From Escherichia phage vB_EcoM_WFbE185, in sequence record MK373778.1: a stretch of DNA of 64,000 nucleotides, one strand, 5' to 3'. Shown here in pieces: positions 18,460 to 30,334 of the stretch. Position numbers and translations under genes: made by a program. Within the stretch, counting starts at the first letter, position 1. Each line of letters begins with the position of its first letter. Below the pieces are notes generated by a model. The model was not told the origin of the DNA and searched no databases. It worked only from the letters and a program-made list of their open reading frames with translations.

Positions 18460-18975
18460 ATGGCACAAATACTTCCTTTAAATACCGACTTAGGAGAAGA
18501 CATGGAAGGGGTGTCTATTGACGTCCTTTTTACTCCACAGTTAGAAACAACCGAAACTTTAGTGTCAATAAATATAACAGATTATGAACCGACACAAGGC
18601 ATTACGGTAGATGGTAATCGTTTATATGGAACATATGAAAGTGTGTTTAGCTTTTCTTCGGATGCATTGAAATACCGATTAAATGATGATTTTGAAACCG
18701 CATCTTCATGGGATGATTTACCAAAAGATGAATCAACACAGTTATATTTGTGGAGAGCTCCTCAGAATCTTCGTAAAGTGTTTAGTTATACGGTTGAAAT
18801 GATTTATAACCACCAAGAAGAAAGTTCATCAGGCGGTTCTAGAAGTGACTCTGGTACAGAACCTCCACCGGCCCCAGTACAAAAAACTCTTACTAAGGTT
18901 TATACAAAAACCATAGTAGGAAATTGGAGCAAATGGGCTCATCAATTACGAAACTATGTTTATGTGAGGCCGTGA
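18460..18975 (+). CDS. 5.1: gp5.1
   Basis: 171 aa ORF between 5 and 5.4. Confidence 0.8.
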   Translation: MAQILPLNTDLGEDMEGVSIDVLFTPQLETTETLVSINITDYEPTQGITVDGNRLYGTYESVFSFSSDALKYRLNDDFETASSWDDLPKDESTQLYLWRAPQNLRKVFSYTVEMIYNHQEESSSGGSRSDSGTEPPPAPVQKTLTKVYTKTIVGNWSKWAHQLRNYVYVRP

Positions 18976-18977
18976 AA

Positions 18978-19271
18978 ATGTCTGGCTTAAGTTACGACAA
19001 GTGCGTTACAACAGGTCATGAAGCATGGCCTCCTACTGTAATAAATGCTTCCCAATCTAAAGTATTCACCGGCGGTATTCCTGTTCTTGTGGCAGGAGAC
19101 CAAATAACACCTCATACAGAAATTAAAAAACCATACGAGACTCATGGAGGTGTTACTGAACCTCGTACATCTAAAGTATACGTCACCGGTAAAAAGGCCG
19201 TTCAAATGGCTGACCCAATTTCATGCGGGGATACTGTTTCTCAGGCCTCGTCAAAAGTCTTTATCAAATAG
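18978..19271 (+). CDS. 5.4: gp5.4 PAAR-repeat spike tip protein
   Basis: 97 aa from internal ATG; [11 protein letters not shown]...SKVFIK near-identical to T4 gp5.4. Confidence 0.9.
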   Translation: MSGLSYDKCVTTGHEAWPPTVINASQSKVFTGGIPVLVAGDQITPHTEIKKPYETHGGVTEPRTSKVYVTGKKAVQMADPISCGDTVSQASSKVFIK

Positions 19272-19279
19272 GAATTAAA

Positions 19280-21253
19280 ATGGCAAACACTCCTGTAAAT
19301 TATCAATTAACCCGAACAGCGAATGCTATTCCCGAGATTTTTATCGGGGGCACATTTGCCGAAATCAAACAGAACATTATCGAATGGCTCAATGGGCAGA
19401 ATGAATTTCTTGATTATGATTTTGAAGGTTCGCGTTTAAACGTATTGTGTGACCTTTTAGCATATAACACTCTTTACATCCAACAGTTCAGTAATAGTGC
19501 AGTGTATGAAAGTTTTATGCGTACTGCAAACTTGCGTAGTTCTGTTGTACAAGCGGCTCAAGATAACGGATATCTGCCTTCATCTAAATCAGCAGCACAA
19601 ACAGAAATTATGCTCACATGTACAGATGCATTAAATAGAAACTATATCACCATTCCACGTGGCACTCGTTTCTTAGCATACGCTAAAGATACTTCTGTTA
19701 ACCCATATAACTTTGTTTCTACTGAAGATGTCATTGTAGTTAAAGACAAAAATAACCAATATTTTCCACGTCTTCGATTAGCTCAAGGACGTATTGTTCG
19801 CACTGAATTAACATTTGATAGATTAAAACCTATCATTATTCGTGATAAGAATATTGACCGTAATTTGGTTAAGTTGTATGTTGACGGAGCAGAATGGATT
19901 AACTGGACTCGTAAGTCGATGGTTCACGCTGGTTCTACGTCAACAATCTATTATATGCGTGAAACAGTTGATGGGAACACCGAATTTTATTTTGGTGAAG
20001 GCGAAATCTCTATTAACACGTCAGAAGGTGCGTTAACATCTAACTATATTGGTGGCCTTAAACCTGTTCAGGGTTCTAAAATCGTAATTGAGTATATTTC
20101 TACTAATGGCGCAGACGCTAACGGTGCCGTAGGATTTTCTTATGCTGATACATTAGCTAATATCACGGTGATCGATATTAACGAGAACCCTAGCAATAAC
20201 CCAGACTTTGTTGGGGCTGACGGCGGTGGTGACCCTGAAGATATTGAACGTATCCGCGAATTAGGCACAATTAAACGCGAAACTCAACAACGTTGTGTAA
20301 CCGCTTCCGACTATGACACATTCGTTTCTGAGCGGTTTGGTTCTATTATTCAAGCGGTTCAAACATTCACAGATTCATCTAAACCAGGGTACGCATATAT
20401 TGCTGCTAAGCCTAAATCTGGATTGTATTTGACTTCTGTTCAACGCGACGACATCAAAAACTATTTAAATGATTATAACTTAGGGACTATTACACCTGTT
20501 GTTATTTCGCCCGACTATTTGTTTATCAAAATGAATATCAAAGTTACATACGCGTTGAATAAACTTCAAGAATCAGAGCAATACCTTGAAGGACAGATTA
20601 TTAATAAGATAGACCGTTATTATATTGAAGATGTAGAAATTTTTAACTCATCGTTTGCAAAATCTAAAATGCTAACTTATGTCGATGATGCAGATATTTC
20701 TATTATTGGTTCTTCAGCTACTATTCAAATGGTTCGCGAAGTACAAAACTTCTATAAAACGCCTGAGGCCGGTATTAAATACAATAATCAGATTAAAGAT
20801 AGATCGATGGAATCTAATATATTCTCGTTTGATTCGCACAGACCTAATCCAGAAAATGCAAACGAAACTATTAAATATGGTGTTCGCATAGTATCTTCTG
20901 ACCGTAATGACCGTGGCATAGGTCAAGTTATTATTGGCCCATTTGCAGACGGCGATGTTGTTGAAAACGAAAATATACAACCTTATACAGGTAATGATTT
21001 TAATAAACTTACTGTTACTGACGGACGAAACAAATACTATTCAATTGGTGAAGTGAATTATCCTGCCGATTCGATTTATTGGAACATTGCTAAAATTGAC
21101 CTCACTTCAGACCGTTTTGAAGTTCAAACAATTGAACTTTATTCCGACCCTGCGGATGATATTATTTTTACAAAGGATGGTTCTTTAATCGTATTCGAAA
21201 ATGACTTACGTCCTCAGTACTTAACTATAGATTTGGAGCCTATTTCACAATGA
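19280..21253 (+). CDS. 6: gp6 baseplate wedge protein
   Basis: start at MANTPVNYQ; about 658 aa as T4 gp6. Confidence 0.95.
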   Translation: MANTPVNYQLTRTANAIPEIFIGGTFAEIKQNIIEWLNGQNEFLDYDFEGSRLNVLCDLLAYNTLYIQQFSNSAVYESFMRTANLRSSVVQAAQDNGYLPSSKSAAQTEIMLTCTDALNRNYITIPRGTRFLAYAKDTSVNPYNFVSTEDVIVVKDKNNQYFPRLRLAQGRIVRTELTFDRLKPIIIRDKNIDRNLVKLYVDGAEWINWTRKSMVHAGSTSTIYYMRETVDGNTEFYFGEGEISINTSEGALTSNYIGGLKPVQGSKIVIEYISTNGADANGAVGFSYADTLANITVIDINENPSNNPDFVGADGGGDPEDIERIRELGTIKRETQQRCVTASDYDTFVSERFGSIIQAVQTFTDSSKPGYAYIAAKPKSGLYLTSVQRDDIKNYLNDYNLGTITPVVISPDYLFIKMNIKVTYALNKLQESEQYLEGQIINKIDRYYIEDVEIFNSSFAKSKMLTYVDDADISIIGSSATIQMVREVQNFYKTPEAGIKYNNQIKDRSMESNIFSFDSHRPNPENANETIKYGVRIVSSDRNDRGIGQVIIGPFADGDVVENENIQPYTGNDFNKLTVTDGRNKYYSIGEVNYPADSIYWNIAKIDLTSDRFEVQTIELYSDPADDIIFTKDGSLIVFENDLRPQYLTIDLEPISQ

Positions 21254-24200
21254 CAGTAAAAGCGCCAGCAGTCACAAGTCTCAGAATATCCAAGTTGTCC
21301 GCTAACCAAGTTCAAATACGCTGGGATGACGTTGGTGCTAATTTCTACTATTTCGTAGAAATCGCTGAGACTAAAACGGCAGACGGGGAAATAATTCCCC
21401 CTGCCAGCTACAGATGGATAAATTTAGGATATACTCCTAATAGCAACTGGTTCGAAAGTAGCTTAGACCCATTAACTTCTTATATTATTCGTGTATCAAC
21501 TGCAGCCGAAGGCTTCGAGAGATCTGATTGGGTATATACCGAAATATTTGAATCATTTCAGACTAACGCGTATACATTTCAACATATGATTGAAATGCAA
21601 TTGGCTAACACTTTTATTAGAGAAAAATTTACAAATAATAACATGGCTTATGTCGATTTTAATAACGACACTATAATGGCAGCTCTAATGAATGAATCGT
21701 TCCAATTTAGCCCTGCTTATGCGGATATTTCATCTATTAAAAATTTCATTATTGGCGAAAATGAGTATCATGAAATTCAAGGTTCGATTCAACAGGTGTG
21801 TCATGATATAAACCGTGTTTATTTGATGGAATCCGAAGGAATTCTTTATTTGTTTGAACGGTATCAGCCTGTGGTTAAAGTCTCTAATGATAAGGGACAA
21901 ACCTGGAAATCGGTTAAATTGTTTAATGACCGTGTAGGGTACCCTGTATCAAGAACAGTGTATTACCAGACAGGTTATACCACGTATGTTCTTGGGTACG
22001 ATAAATTATTTTACGGTCGTAAATCAACAGACGTTCGTTGGTCTGCTGATGACGTGAGATTTAGTTCCCAAGATATAACATTTGCTAAAATTGGTGACCA
22101 GTTAAATTTAGGATATGATGTAGAAATATTTGGTAACTACGCATCATTACCTGCTAACGTATCACGTATTGCAGAAGCTATCGTTTGCAACGACGATTAT
22201 GTATACGTTGCTGCTCGAGATAAAGTTCGTTTTATTAAAACTAGTAATGCCCCTATTGATTCAGACCCGTTATCTCCGACATATTCCGAACGTTTGTTTG
22301 AACAAGAAACATTTAACATCACAGGTAACCCTAAGGCAGTTTGCTATAAAATGGATTCTGTTGGTGGTAAAATATTTGCACTGATTATCGGTGAAGTTGT
22401 TAATCTTAACGATGACCCGAGGACCACTCCTATTGTTGATTCTGCTGATAAGGGTGTTTACGTTCTAGACCATGACGCTGGCACATTTAAACGTGTGTTT
22501 GGTAATACTGAAGAAGAACGTCGCCGTATTGAACCAGGGTACACTAGTATGTCTACCGATGGTGTTGAGTTATCTATTTCATCTAGTAATTTTAAATTTC
22601 TAGAATCTGATATTGTTGATGACCCAAAAACACAAATCAAGTACGGTTTAATCGGTGCTGTTAAATATGAGTATCCTCGTGAATGGCTGGCTGATAAACA
22701 TTATCATATGATGGCATTTATTTCAACTGAAGACTCTCAATGGGAATCGTTCACTCCTCAACCGATGGAATACTATGCCGAGCCATTCTTTAGTTATTCT
22801 AGAAAGTCTGGTACTCGTTGTTGGATTAATAACTCAGACAAGGCCGTTGTAATTTATTCTGATTTACTTTACACTAAGGTTATTGAGAATCATCCACTTA
22901 GTTCTTCAGACCGTGAAGTTCATGAATATTGGAAGGACGGTGACTGTACAATAGTGATGCCTAACGTAGATTTCACCGGATTTAAAAAATATGCATCCGG
23001 CATGATTTTCTATAAATCATCAGGTGAGATTATTTCTTATTATGATTTTAGTTATCGTGTTAGAGATAATGTTTCTATAATTTGGAAGCCTACTAATATA
23101 TTCTTAACAGCATCATTACAAAACCAAGAAAAAGATACCACATGGACTCCTGTAGAAGAGAACGGTATTGCAGACCCAGATTTACGACCATTGCTCACTA
23201 CAATGATGCCGGAGTCTTATCTTTTAGATAATACAAACTTCGAAGCATTCTGCGAGGCTTATATTCAGTATCTTTCTGACGGTTATGGGACCCATTATAA
23301 CAACCTTTTAAATCTTATTAAAAATCAATATCCGCGCGAAGAACATGCGTGGGAATATTTATGGTCTGAGATTTATAAACGAAACATTTACTTAAACGCA
23401 GAAAAACGCGATTTAGTGTCTCGTTTCTTTGAATCAAGAAGTTATGACTTCTATTCAACTAAAGGAACTGAAGCATCATATAAATTCTTGTTTAAAGTGC
23501 TTTATAACGAAGATGTTGAAATTGAAATTGAATCTAGTTCCGGGACCGAATATGATATCATCGTTGAATCTGATTCGTTGACAGAAGATTTGGTCGGACA
23601 AACCATATACACCGCGACAGGACGTTGTAATGTGACGTATATCGAGAGAAGTTACTCTAAAGGTAAATTACAATGGACTGTAACAATTCACAACCTCTTA
23701 GGTCGTTTAATCCAAGGACAGGAAGTTAAAGCTGAAAGACTCCCTGGTTTTGAAGGTGAAATTGTTCGTGGTATTAAAGGTAAAGAGCTTTCTCAGAACA
23801 ACATCGATTACATAAATCGTGGTAGAGCATACTACGTAATGAAGATTAAATCTAAACTTCCATCATCTCGTTGGAAATCAGACGTATTACGTTTTGTTCA
23901 TCCGGTTGGATTTGGATTTATCGCAATTACCCTTCTCACAATGTTTATTAACACCGGATTAACACTTAAACATGTTGAAACCGTTATTAATAAATACAAA
24001 AACTATAAGTGGGATTCTGGATTACCGACTAAATATGCAGACCGAGTGGCTAAATTAGACCCACAAGGAAATGTTGAGTTTGACCCTATTACAGGTAAAG
24101 CGATATATGAAATAGGCCCTATGGCTGGTCAAGATTATCCATTACCTGAAGATTATAACGCTGAAAACAATAACTCCATATTTCAAGGTCAACTTCCATC

Positions 24201-24348
24201 GGAACGACGTAAACTGATGAGCCCATTATTTGATGCGTCCGGAACAACATTCTCTAAATTTAGAGATTTGGTTGAACAGCGGTTAATCGATAATGTAGGA
24301 AATCCAAGAGACCCCGTGAATCCACCACAGGTTAAATTAGATGAATGA
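21250..24348 (+). CDS. 7: gp7 baseplate wedge protein
   Basis: 1032 aa, synteny. Confidence 0.95.
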   Translation: MTVKAPAVTSLRISKLSANQVQIRWDDVGANFYYFVEIAETKTADGEIIPPASYRWINLGYTPNSNWFESSLDPLTSYIIRVSTAAEGFERSDWVYTEIFESFQTNAYTFQHMIEMQLANTFIREKFTNNNMAYVDFNNDTIMAALMNESFQFSPAYADISSIKNFIIGENEYHEIQGSIQQVCHDINRVYLMESEGILYLFERYQPVVKVSNDKGQTWKSVKLFNDRVGYPVSRTVYYQTGYTTYVLGYDKLFYGRKSTDVRWSADDVRFSSQDITFAKIGDQLNLGYDVEIFGNYASLPANVSRIAEAIVCNDDYVYVAARDKVRFIKTSNAPIDSDPLSPTYSERLFEQETFNITGNPKAVCYKMDSVGGKIFALIIGEVVNLNDDPRTTPIVDSADKGVYVLDHDAGTFKRVFGNTEEERRRIEPGYTSMSTDGVELSISSSNFKFLESDIVDDPKTQIKYGLIGAVKYEYPREWLADKHYHMMAFISTEDSQWESFTPQPMEYYAEPFFSYSRKSGTRCWINNSDKAVVIYSDLLYTKVIENHPLSSSDREVHEYWKDGDCTIVMPNVDFTGFKKYASGMIFYKSSGEIISYYDFSYRVRDNVSIIWKPTNIFLTASLQNQEKDTTWTPVEENGIADPDLRPLLTTMMPESYLLDNTNFEAFCEAYIQYLSDGYGTHYNNLLNLIKNQYPREEHAWEYLWSEIYKRNIYLNAEKRDLVSRFFESRSYDFYSTKGTEASYKFLFKVLYNEDVEIEIESSSGTEYDIIVESDSLTEDLVGQTIYTATGRCNVTYIERSYSKGKLQWTVTIHNLLGRLIQGQEVKAERLPGFEGEIVRGIKGKELSQNNIDYINRGRAYYVMKIKSKLPSSRWKSDVLRFVHPVGFGFIAITLLTMFINTGLTLKHVETVINKYKNYKWDSGLPTKYADRVAKLDPQGNVEFDPITGKAIYEIGPMAGQDYPLPEDYNAENNNSIFQGQLPSERRKLMSPLFDASGTTFSKFRDLVEQRLIDNVGNPRDPVNPPQVKLDE

Positions 24349-25345
24349 TTCAAGTGTTATCTATCGTGCAATAGTTACATCAAAATTTAGAACAGAGAAA
24401 ATGCTGAATTTTTATAATTCAGTTGGGGATGGAGATGATAAGAACTCCATTTATATTACGTTTGGACGTTCAGAGCCTTGGGCGTCAAATGAAAATGAGG
24501 TGGGCTTCGCCCCACCTTATCCTACAGATTCTGTTCTTGGTGTTACTGATATGTGGACCCATATGATGGGTACCGTTAAAGTTTTACCTTCAATGTTAGA
24601 TTCTGTTATTCCTAGACGTGATTGGGGAGATGTGCGATATCCAGACCCTTACACGTTTAGAATTAACGATATAGTCGCATGTAATACTGCTCCGTACAAC
24701 GCGACAGAAGTTGGAGCCGGTTGGTTAATTTACCGTTGTTTAGACGTCCCTGACGTAGGGCTCTGTTCAATAGAATCTTTAGATAATAAAGACGAATGTC
24801 TTAAATTAGGTGGTAAATGGACTCCGTCTGTTCGTTCTATGTCTCCTCCTGAAGGCAGAGGCGATGCTAATGGGGTTATCGAAACCGGTGATGGATATAT
24901 TTGGGAATATCTTTATGAGATCCCTGCCGATGTGTCAATTAACCGTTGCACTAATGAATATCTTGTAGTTCCATGGCCGGAAGAAATTAAAGAAGACCCC
25001 ACCCGTTGGGGATATGAAAATAACTTAACTTGGCAACAAGACGACTACGGCTTGATTTATCGTGTTAAAGCTAATACAATGCGGTTTAAAGCATATTTTG
25101 ATTCTGTTTATTTCCCTGAGGCAGCTTTGCCAGGTAACAAGGGTTTTAGACAGATATCAATTATCGCAAACCCATTAGAAGCTAAGAAAAATCCAAATGA
25201 CCCTAATGTTAAAGCAGAAAAGGATTATTACGACCCTAGAGACCTGCAACGTCATTCTGGTGAAATGATTTATATGGAAAACCGACCACCTGTTATTATG
25301 GCAATGGACCAAACAGAAGAAATTAACATTTTGTTTATGTTTTAA
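24341..25345 (+). CDS. 8: gp8 baseplate wedge protein
   Basis: 334 aa, synteny. Confidence 0.95.
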   Translation: MNDSSVIYRAIVTSKFRTEKMLNFYNSVGDGDDKNSIYITFGRSEPWASNENEVGFAPPYPTDSVLGVTDMWTHMMGTVKVLPSMLDSVIPRRDWGDVRYPDPYTFRINDIVACNTAPYNATEVGAGWLIYRCLDVPDVGLCSIESLDNKDECLKLGGKWTPSVRSMSPPEGRGDANGVIETGDGYIWEYLYEIPADVSINRCTNEYLVVPWPEEIKEDPTRWGYENNLTWQQDDYGLIYRVKANTMRFKAYFDSVYFPEAALPGNKGFRQISIIANPLEAKKNPNDPNVKAEKDYYDPRDLQRHSGEMIYMENRPPVIMAMDQTEEINILFMF

Positions 25346-25347
25346 TT

Positions 25348-25371
25348 AGGGAGCCTTCGGGCTCCCATTTT
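25348..25371 (+). terminator. intrinsic terminator after gene 8
   Basis: gggagccttcgggctccc then ATTTTT. Confidence 0.65.
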
Positions 25372-25376
25372 TGTAT

Positions 25377-25384
25377 CTATAAAT
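25377..25384 (+). promoter_or_regulatory. late promoter TATAAATA for gene 9
   Basis: exact TATAAATA about 35 nt upstream of gene 9. Confidence 0.65.
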
Positions 25385-25417
25385 AGAATATAATATCGGA
25401 CAACAAAAGGCAGAATT

Positions 25418-26290
25418 ATGGCATTTTTTAAGCAAACTCCTAAACAATTAATCGATACCGGCGAAATTGGTAATGCCTCAACAGGTGATATCTTATTCGA
25501 CGGTGGTAATAAAATAAATGACGATATCAACGCTATTTACAATGCATTTGGCGATCAACGTAAAATGGCCGTAGCAGATGGAACCGGACCTACAGGTCAA
25601 ACTATTCATGCCACAGGTTATTATCAAAAAGGAAAGGCGGTCGATTATCAAACTCCTATTAAACCAGGCACTATGCATGATATTGATGCTTCTGATGGTG
25701 GTGTGATTGTTATTATTGACCGTCCTGAATTAGGTGACTCTGTAGAATTCATAAACTCTAATGGGTCTATTTCTGTTAACAATCCTTTAAGTATCCAAGT
25801 AACTGATGGTTCAATTAAAGGTGTTCTTAATAATCTTGTTATTTCCACCCCTTATACCCATGTTGTTCTTCGTTGTGTTGAAATTAATGGGCCGACTTCA
25901 GTATGGAATTATTCTACTGATAGCATGTTTGGGCAGAAAGAATCTCCTGTCGATGGGACTTGGAGTCTTACAGGAAACACAGTTTCTATTCCTCTGTTTT
26001 ATCGCACAGATTATAACATGGCTAAATTGCTTGTTACATGTCAATCCGCTGACGGCAGAAAAATAAAAACATGTGAAATAAATATTCTAATAGATACAAT
26101 TAACTCAGAAGTTCTTTCTACCGAATTTGCAGTAATGCGAGTTGGTAATGTAGATGAAACCGACGAGATTGCTAATATTAGCTTTAGTATTATTAACAAC
26201 TTTGCTACTATGACGATTACATCCGATATTATTGGATTACGTTCGGCAGTTAAAATTATCTCAACTCAGAAAATTGGGGTCGCTCAATAA
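25418..26290 (+). CDS. 9: gp9 baseplate wedge, long tail fibre socket
   Basis: 290 aa; PKQLIDTGEIGNASTGDILFDGGNKIN conserved with T4 gp9. Confidence 0.95.
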   Translation: MAFFKQTPKQLIDTGEIGNASTGDILFDGGNKINDDINAIYNAFGDQRKMAVADGTGPTGQTIHATGYYQKGKAVDYQTPIKPGTMHDIDASDGGVIVIIDRPELGDSVEFINSNGSISVNNPLSIQVTDGSIKGVLNNLVISTPYTHVVLRCVEINGPTSVWNYSTDSMFGQKESPVDGTWSLTGNTVSIPLFYRTDYNMAKLLVTCQSADGRKIKTCEINILIDTINSEVLSTEFAVMRVGNVDETDEIANISFSIINNFATMTITSDIIGLRSAVKIISTQKIGVAQ

Positions 26291-28095
26291 TGAAACAAAA
26301 TATTAAAATTGGTAACGTCGTTGATGACGGACAAGGCGATTACCTTCGTCGAGGTGGTGAAAAAATAAATGAGAACTTTGACGAAATCTATTATGAATTA
26401 GGTGATGGTGAAGTTCCTTATGCCGCTGGTGCATGGAAGACTTATGATGCGGCTGATGGTCTTAATCTTAAGGCTGCTTGGGGTAAATCTTATGCAATTA
26501 ATACTACTTCTGGACGAGTTTCGGTAAATCTTCCTAAAGGGACAATTGCAGACTATAATAAAGTTATTCGTGCTCGTGACGTATTTGCAACTTGGAACAT
26601 TAACCCTGTTACTTTAATTCCGGCAAACGGAGACACGATTAAAGGTTCTTCATCTCCGGTGGAAATTAACGTTCAGTTCTCTGATTTAGAATTAGTTTAT
26701 TGTGCTCCTGGACGTTGGGAATACATCAAGAACAAACAAATTGACAAAATAGTTAGCTCTGACATTAGTAACGTTGCTCGTAGAGAATATCTGGTTGAAA
26801 CCCAAGGTCAGACCGATTTCATGGATGTTTTTAACGGGACCTCTTATAATGTTAACAACATTCGCGTAAAACATCGTGGCAACGAATTGTACTATGGTGA
26901 TGTATTCAGTGATAATAGTGATTTTGGTTCTCCAGGCGCTAATCCTGGTGAACTGGTTGCACTCGATGGATTTAATATTAGATTACGCCAACCATGTAAT
27001 GTTGGCGACACTGTACAAATTGAGACATTCTTAGATGGTGTTTCTCAGTGGCGTAGTTCATATACTCGTCGCCAAGTTCGCATTTTAGATAGTAAATTGA
27101 CTGCTAAAAAGTCTATTGATGGAAGTATTTACGTCACTGATTTGAGTACGTTCCGGTCTATTCCATTTACAGCATTTGGTATTAATCCTACGGAACCACC
27201 TAACCCTAATTCGTTAGAAGTTCGCTTCAATGGTATTCTCCAAGAATTAGCTGGTACTGTTGGAACTCCTATTTTCCGTTGTGAAGGTGTGGATGCTGAT
27301 TCTGAAGAGTCATGCGCTAATCTCGGTGGGACGTGGACTCAATCGTATACAGATTATGCGATTGAATATACTGATAATATCCCTAGCGCAATTCTGTTTG
27401 ACCGTCAATTTGAAGACCAAGACATTATTACCATCACATGGTTTAATAACGATTTAGGAACTCTTCTTGAAATGGAAGAAATCCTTGATGTCGCTGATGA
27501 GAAATATGTTTCTCAAGGGTCTAACATTGAAATTACTGGTGACGTTGCATTAACCGATTTCGATAAAATTGGATGGCCTAATGTAGAACCTGTTCCTAAG
27601 TATGAACGTGAATTCTCGACTATCTCAGCAATATTTGATACAATTTATCCTGTCGGGACTATTTACGAAAATGCGGTTAACCCTAATAATCCGGCAACTT
27701 ATTTAGGTTTTGGTTTGTGGAAAATTTGGGGACAAGGCAAAGTATTAGCAGGTTGGAATGACGACGCATCCGATCCTAATTTTGCATTAAATAATAATGA
27801 CCTTGACGTCAATGGTAACCCTACTCATACCGCAGGTGGTACCGTTGGTGTAACAACCATCACATTAGAAAATGCTGATTTACCAGCTACACAAACCGAT
27901 GAAAAGGTTCTTATTTCTGATGATAATGGTACAGTAATTATAGGCGGTTGCCAATATGACCCGGATGAAGAAGGTCCTATTTACACTAAATATCGTGAAG
28001 ACCATGCAAAGACTAATGGATCTCATGTTCCAGCGCGTTCTATAACTAATATTCAGCCATCTATAACTGTATACCGTTGGGTAAGGATTGCATAA
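26290..28095 (+). CDS. 10: gp10 baseplate wedge / short tail fibre attachment
   Basis: 601 aa, synteny. Confidence 0.95.
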   Translation: MKQNIKIGNVVDDGQGDYLRRGGEKINENFDEIYYELGDGEVPYAAGAWKTYDAADGLNLKAAWGKSYAINTTSGRVSVNLPKGTIADYNKVIRARDVFATWNINPVTLIPANGDTIKGSSSPVEINVQFSDLELVYCAPGRWEYIKNKQIDKIVSSDISNVARREYLVETQGQTDFMDVFNGTSYNVNNIRVKHRGNELYYGDVFSDNSDFGSPGANPGELVALDGFNIRLRQPCNVGDTVQIETFLDGVSQWRSSYTRRQVRILDSKLTAKKSIDGSIYVTDLSTFRSIPFTAFGINPTEPPNPNSLEVRFNGILQELAGTVGTPIFRCEGVDADSEESCANLGGTWTQSYTDYAIEYTDNIPSAILFDRQFEDQDIITITWFNNDLGTLLEMEEILDVADEKYVSQGSNIEITGDVALTDFDKIGWPNVEPVPKYEREFSTISAIFDTIYPVGTIYENAVNPNNPATYLGFGLWKIWGQGKVLAGWNDDASDPNFALNNNDLDVNGNPTHTAGGTVGVTTITLENADLPATQTDEKVLISDDNGTVIIGGCQYDPDEEGPIYTKYREDHAKTNGSHVPARSITNIQPSITVYRWVRIA

Positions 28096-28754
28096 TGACT
28101 GTACTTAATACAAAGGCGGGAGTTATTTCCCGTCATGCTGATTTTTTGAATTACAGAAAAAATCCAGCTCAAATTGATGTTTTAAACAACCAAGCTGTAG
28201 GTTCCGTGACTATTTCTCAGTTAGCTCGCGGTTTTTATGATGCTAACGTAGAATCTGCAATAAATGATGTCCATAATATGGCACGAGCTGATATTGGTAC
28301 TGTTGTCACAAACACTTCAGGCGTATCGCCTGAAGGTACAGCACAAGTTGATTATTGGACTTTTTCTGGTGATGTTCTCGACGATACTTTGACCACTGGA
28401 ACGCCAGTCGTTATTAACGTATTTGGACTTGCTGTTAAAGCAACAATCGGTATGACTGATAACGAATTAACGGCACAAGTTCGTATAGCTTTACAAGAAG
28501 CCATTGCTAATCAAATCGCTATTTCTTCTTATAAAGACCATCCATCCGAAGGTAATAAACTTCAGGTGACATATTTAGATAACCAACGTCATGTGTTGCC
28601 AACATATGCTTCGTTTGGTGTAACAATTTCGCAAGAAATTTTGTCTGAAGCAAAATCCGGATACGGAACATGGAATTTATTAGGTGCCCAAACGGTTACT
28701 CTTGATAACCATGATACTCCTACCGTTTTCTACCACTTTGTGAGAGCCTCATGA
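28095..28754 (+). CDS. 11: gp11 baseplate wedge
   Basis: starts at [13 protein letters not shown] (TAATG overlap with gene 10); 219 aa. Confidence 0.95.
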   Translation: MTVLNTKAGVISRHADFLNYRKNPAQIDVLNNQAVGSVTISQLARGFYDANVESAINDVHNMARADIGTVVTNTSGVSPEGTAQVDYWTFSGDVLDDTLTTGTPVVINVFGLAVKATIGMTDNELTAQVRIALQEAIANQIAISSYKDHPSEGNKLQVTYLDNQRHVLPTYASFGVTISQEILSEAKSGYGTWNLLGAQTVTLDNHDTPTVFYHFVRAS

Positions 28755-30334
28755 GTAATAACAATACATACCAACACGTTTCAAATGAATCTATTTACGT
28801 TGAATTTGACCCTACTGGGTCGAATTTTCCAGATACAGTCACTAATGTCCAAGCCGCATTAGCTGCTATTTCTCCTTCAGGTGTTAATGGCGTACCGGAA
28901 GCAACAACTACTACACCTGGAATTATTCAAATAGCCACTCCACAAGAAGTTATTGATGGATTAGATAATAGTAAAGCTGTTACTCCGGCATCACTGAATG
29001 CTCGTCTACAATATCCTAATGCAACCGAAATTCAATATGGTTTAACTCGTTATGCTACTGAAGATGAAGCAGTAGCCGGAGCTATTGACGATGCATCAAT
29101 TACTCCGCTTAAATTGAATCAAAAAATAGACAATGTATTCCAGACAAAAGTATCAACAGAAGCAACAAATGGTGTAATTAAAATTTCAACTTCTGCTGCG
29201 GCATTAGCTGGTTCTGACGATACAACGGCAATGACCCCGTTAAAAACACAACAATTAGCAATTAAACTTATTTCACAAATTGCTCCAAATAATAGCGACG
29301 CCACCGAATCTATTACAGGTGTTGTTCGTTTAGCTACAGTTGCACAAGCACAACAAGGCACCCTGCGTGAAGGCTATGCAATTTCACCTTATACCTTTAT
29401 GAATTCAGTAGCATCAGAAACTAATAAAGGTGTCGTTAAACTAGGGACACAGACTGAAGTAAATAGTAACAACTCTTCAGTTGTAGTGACCGGCGCAACA
29501 TTAAACGGACGTGGTGCTACAACTTCTTTACGTGGAGTTGTTCGTTTAACTACACAAGCGGGTAGCCAATCAGGTGGTGATGGTTCTTCTGTCCTTGCTT
29601 GGAATGCTGATGTTATCCACCAACGAGGCGGACAAACTATTAATGGCACTCTTCGCATTAATAATACGTTGACGGTTGGTTCTGGTGGCGCTAATATAAC
29701 GGGTAATGTCAATATGACCGGTGGTTATATTCAAGGCAATCGTATTGTGACTCAAAATGAATTAGACCGAATTCTTCCAGTTGGCGCTATTACAATGTGG
29801 GCTGCAGATAGTTTACCGAGTTCTGACTGGCGCTTCTGTCACGGTGGGACCGTTTCTGCTTCAGAATGTCCGGTATATGCTTCCAGAATTGGGACACGAT
29901 ATGGTGGTAGTTCTTCTAACCCAGGCTTGCCTGATATGCGTGGATTATTTGTTCGTGGCTCAGGTCGTGGCTCTCACTTAACAAATCCAAATGTTAATGG
30001 TAATGACCAGTTTGGTAAGCCTAGATTAGGTGTAGGTTGTACTGGTGGATATGTTGGTGAAGTACAGAAACAACAGATGTCTTATCATAAACACGCTGGC
30101 GGATTTGGTGAGCATGATGATTCTGGAGCATTCGGTAATACCCGTAGATCAAATTTTGTTGGTACACGTAAAGGACTTGACTGGGATAACCGTTCATACT
30201 TCACCAATGACGGATATGAAATTGACCCGGCATCACAACGAAATTCCAAATATACATTAAATCGTCCTGAATTAATTGGAAATGAAACACGTCCATGGAA
30301 CATTTCTTTAAACTATATCATTAAGGTAAAATAA
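28751..30334 (+). CDS. 12: gp12 short tail fibre
   Basis: 527 aa, synteny. Confidence 0.95.
   Translation: MSNNNTYQHVSNESIYVEFDPTGSNFPDTVTNVQAALAAISPSGVNGVPEATTTTPGIIQIATPQEVIDGLDNSKAVTPASLNARLQYPNATEIQYGLTRYATEDEAVAGAIDDASITPLKLNQKIDNVFQTKVSTEATNGVIKISTSAAALAGSDDTTAMTPLKTQQLAIKLISQIAPNNSDATESITGVVRLATVAQAQQGTLREGYAISPYTFMNSVASETNKGVVKLGTQTEVNSNNSSVVVTGATLNGRGATTSLRGVVRLTTQAGSQSGGDGSSVLAWNADVIHQRGGQTINGTLRINNTLTVGSGGANITGNVNMTGGYIQGNRIVTQNELDRILPVGAITMWAADSLPSSDWRFCHGGTVSASECPVYASRIGTRYGGSSSNPGLPDMRGLFVRGSGRGSHLTNPNVNGNDQFGKPRLGVGCTGGYVGEVQKQQMSYHKHAGGFGEHDDSGAFGNTRRSNFVGTRKGLDWDNRSYFTNDGYEIDPASQRNSKYTLNRPELIGNETRPWNISLNYIIKVK

Noticed and set aside
25417-25445. Apparent in-frame stop near the start of gene 9 when counting by hand
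   Set aside because: The ORF track gives an intact 290-aa gp9 from 25418; most likely a one-base counting error on my side.
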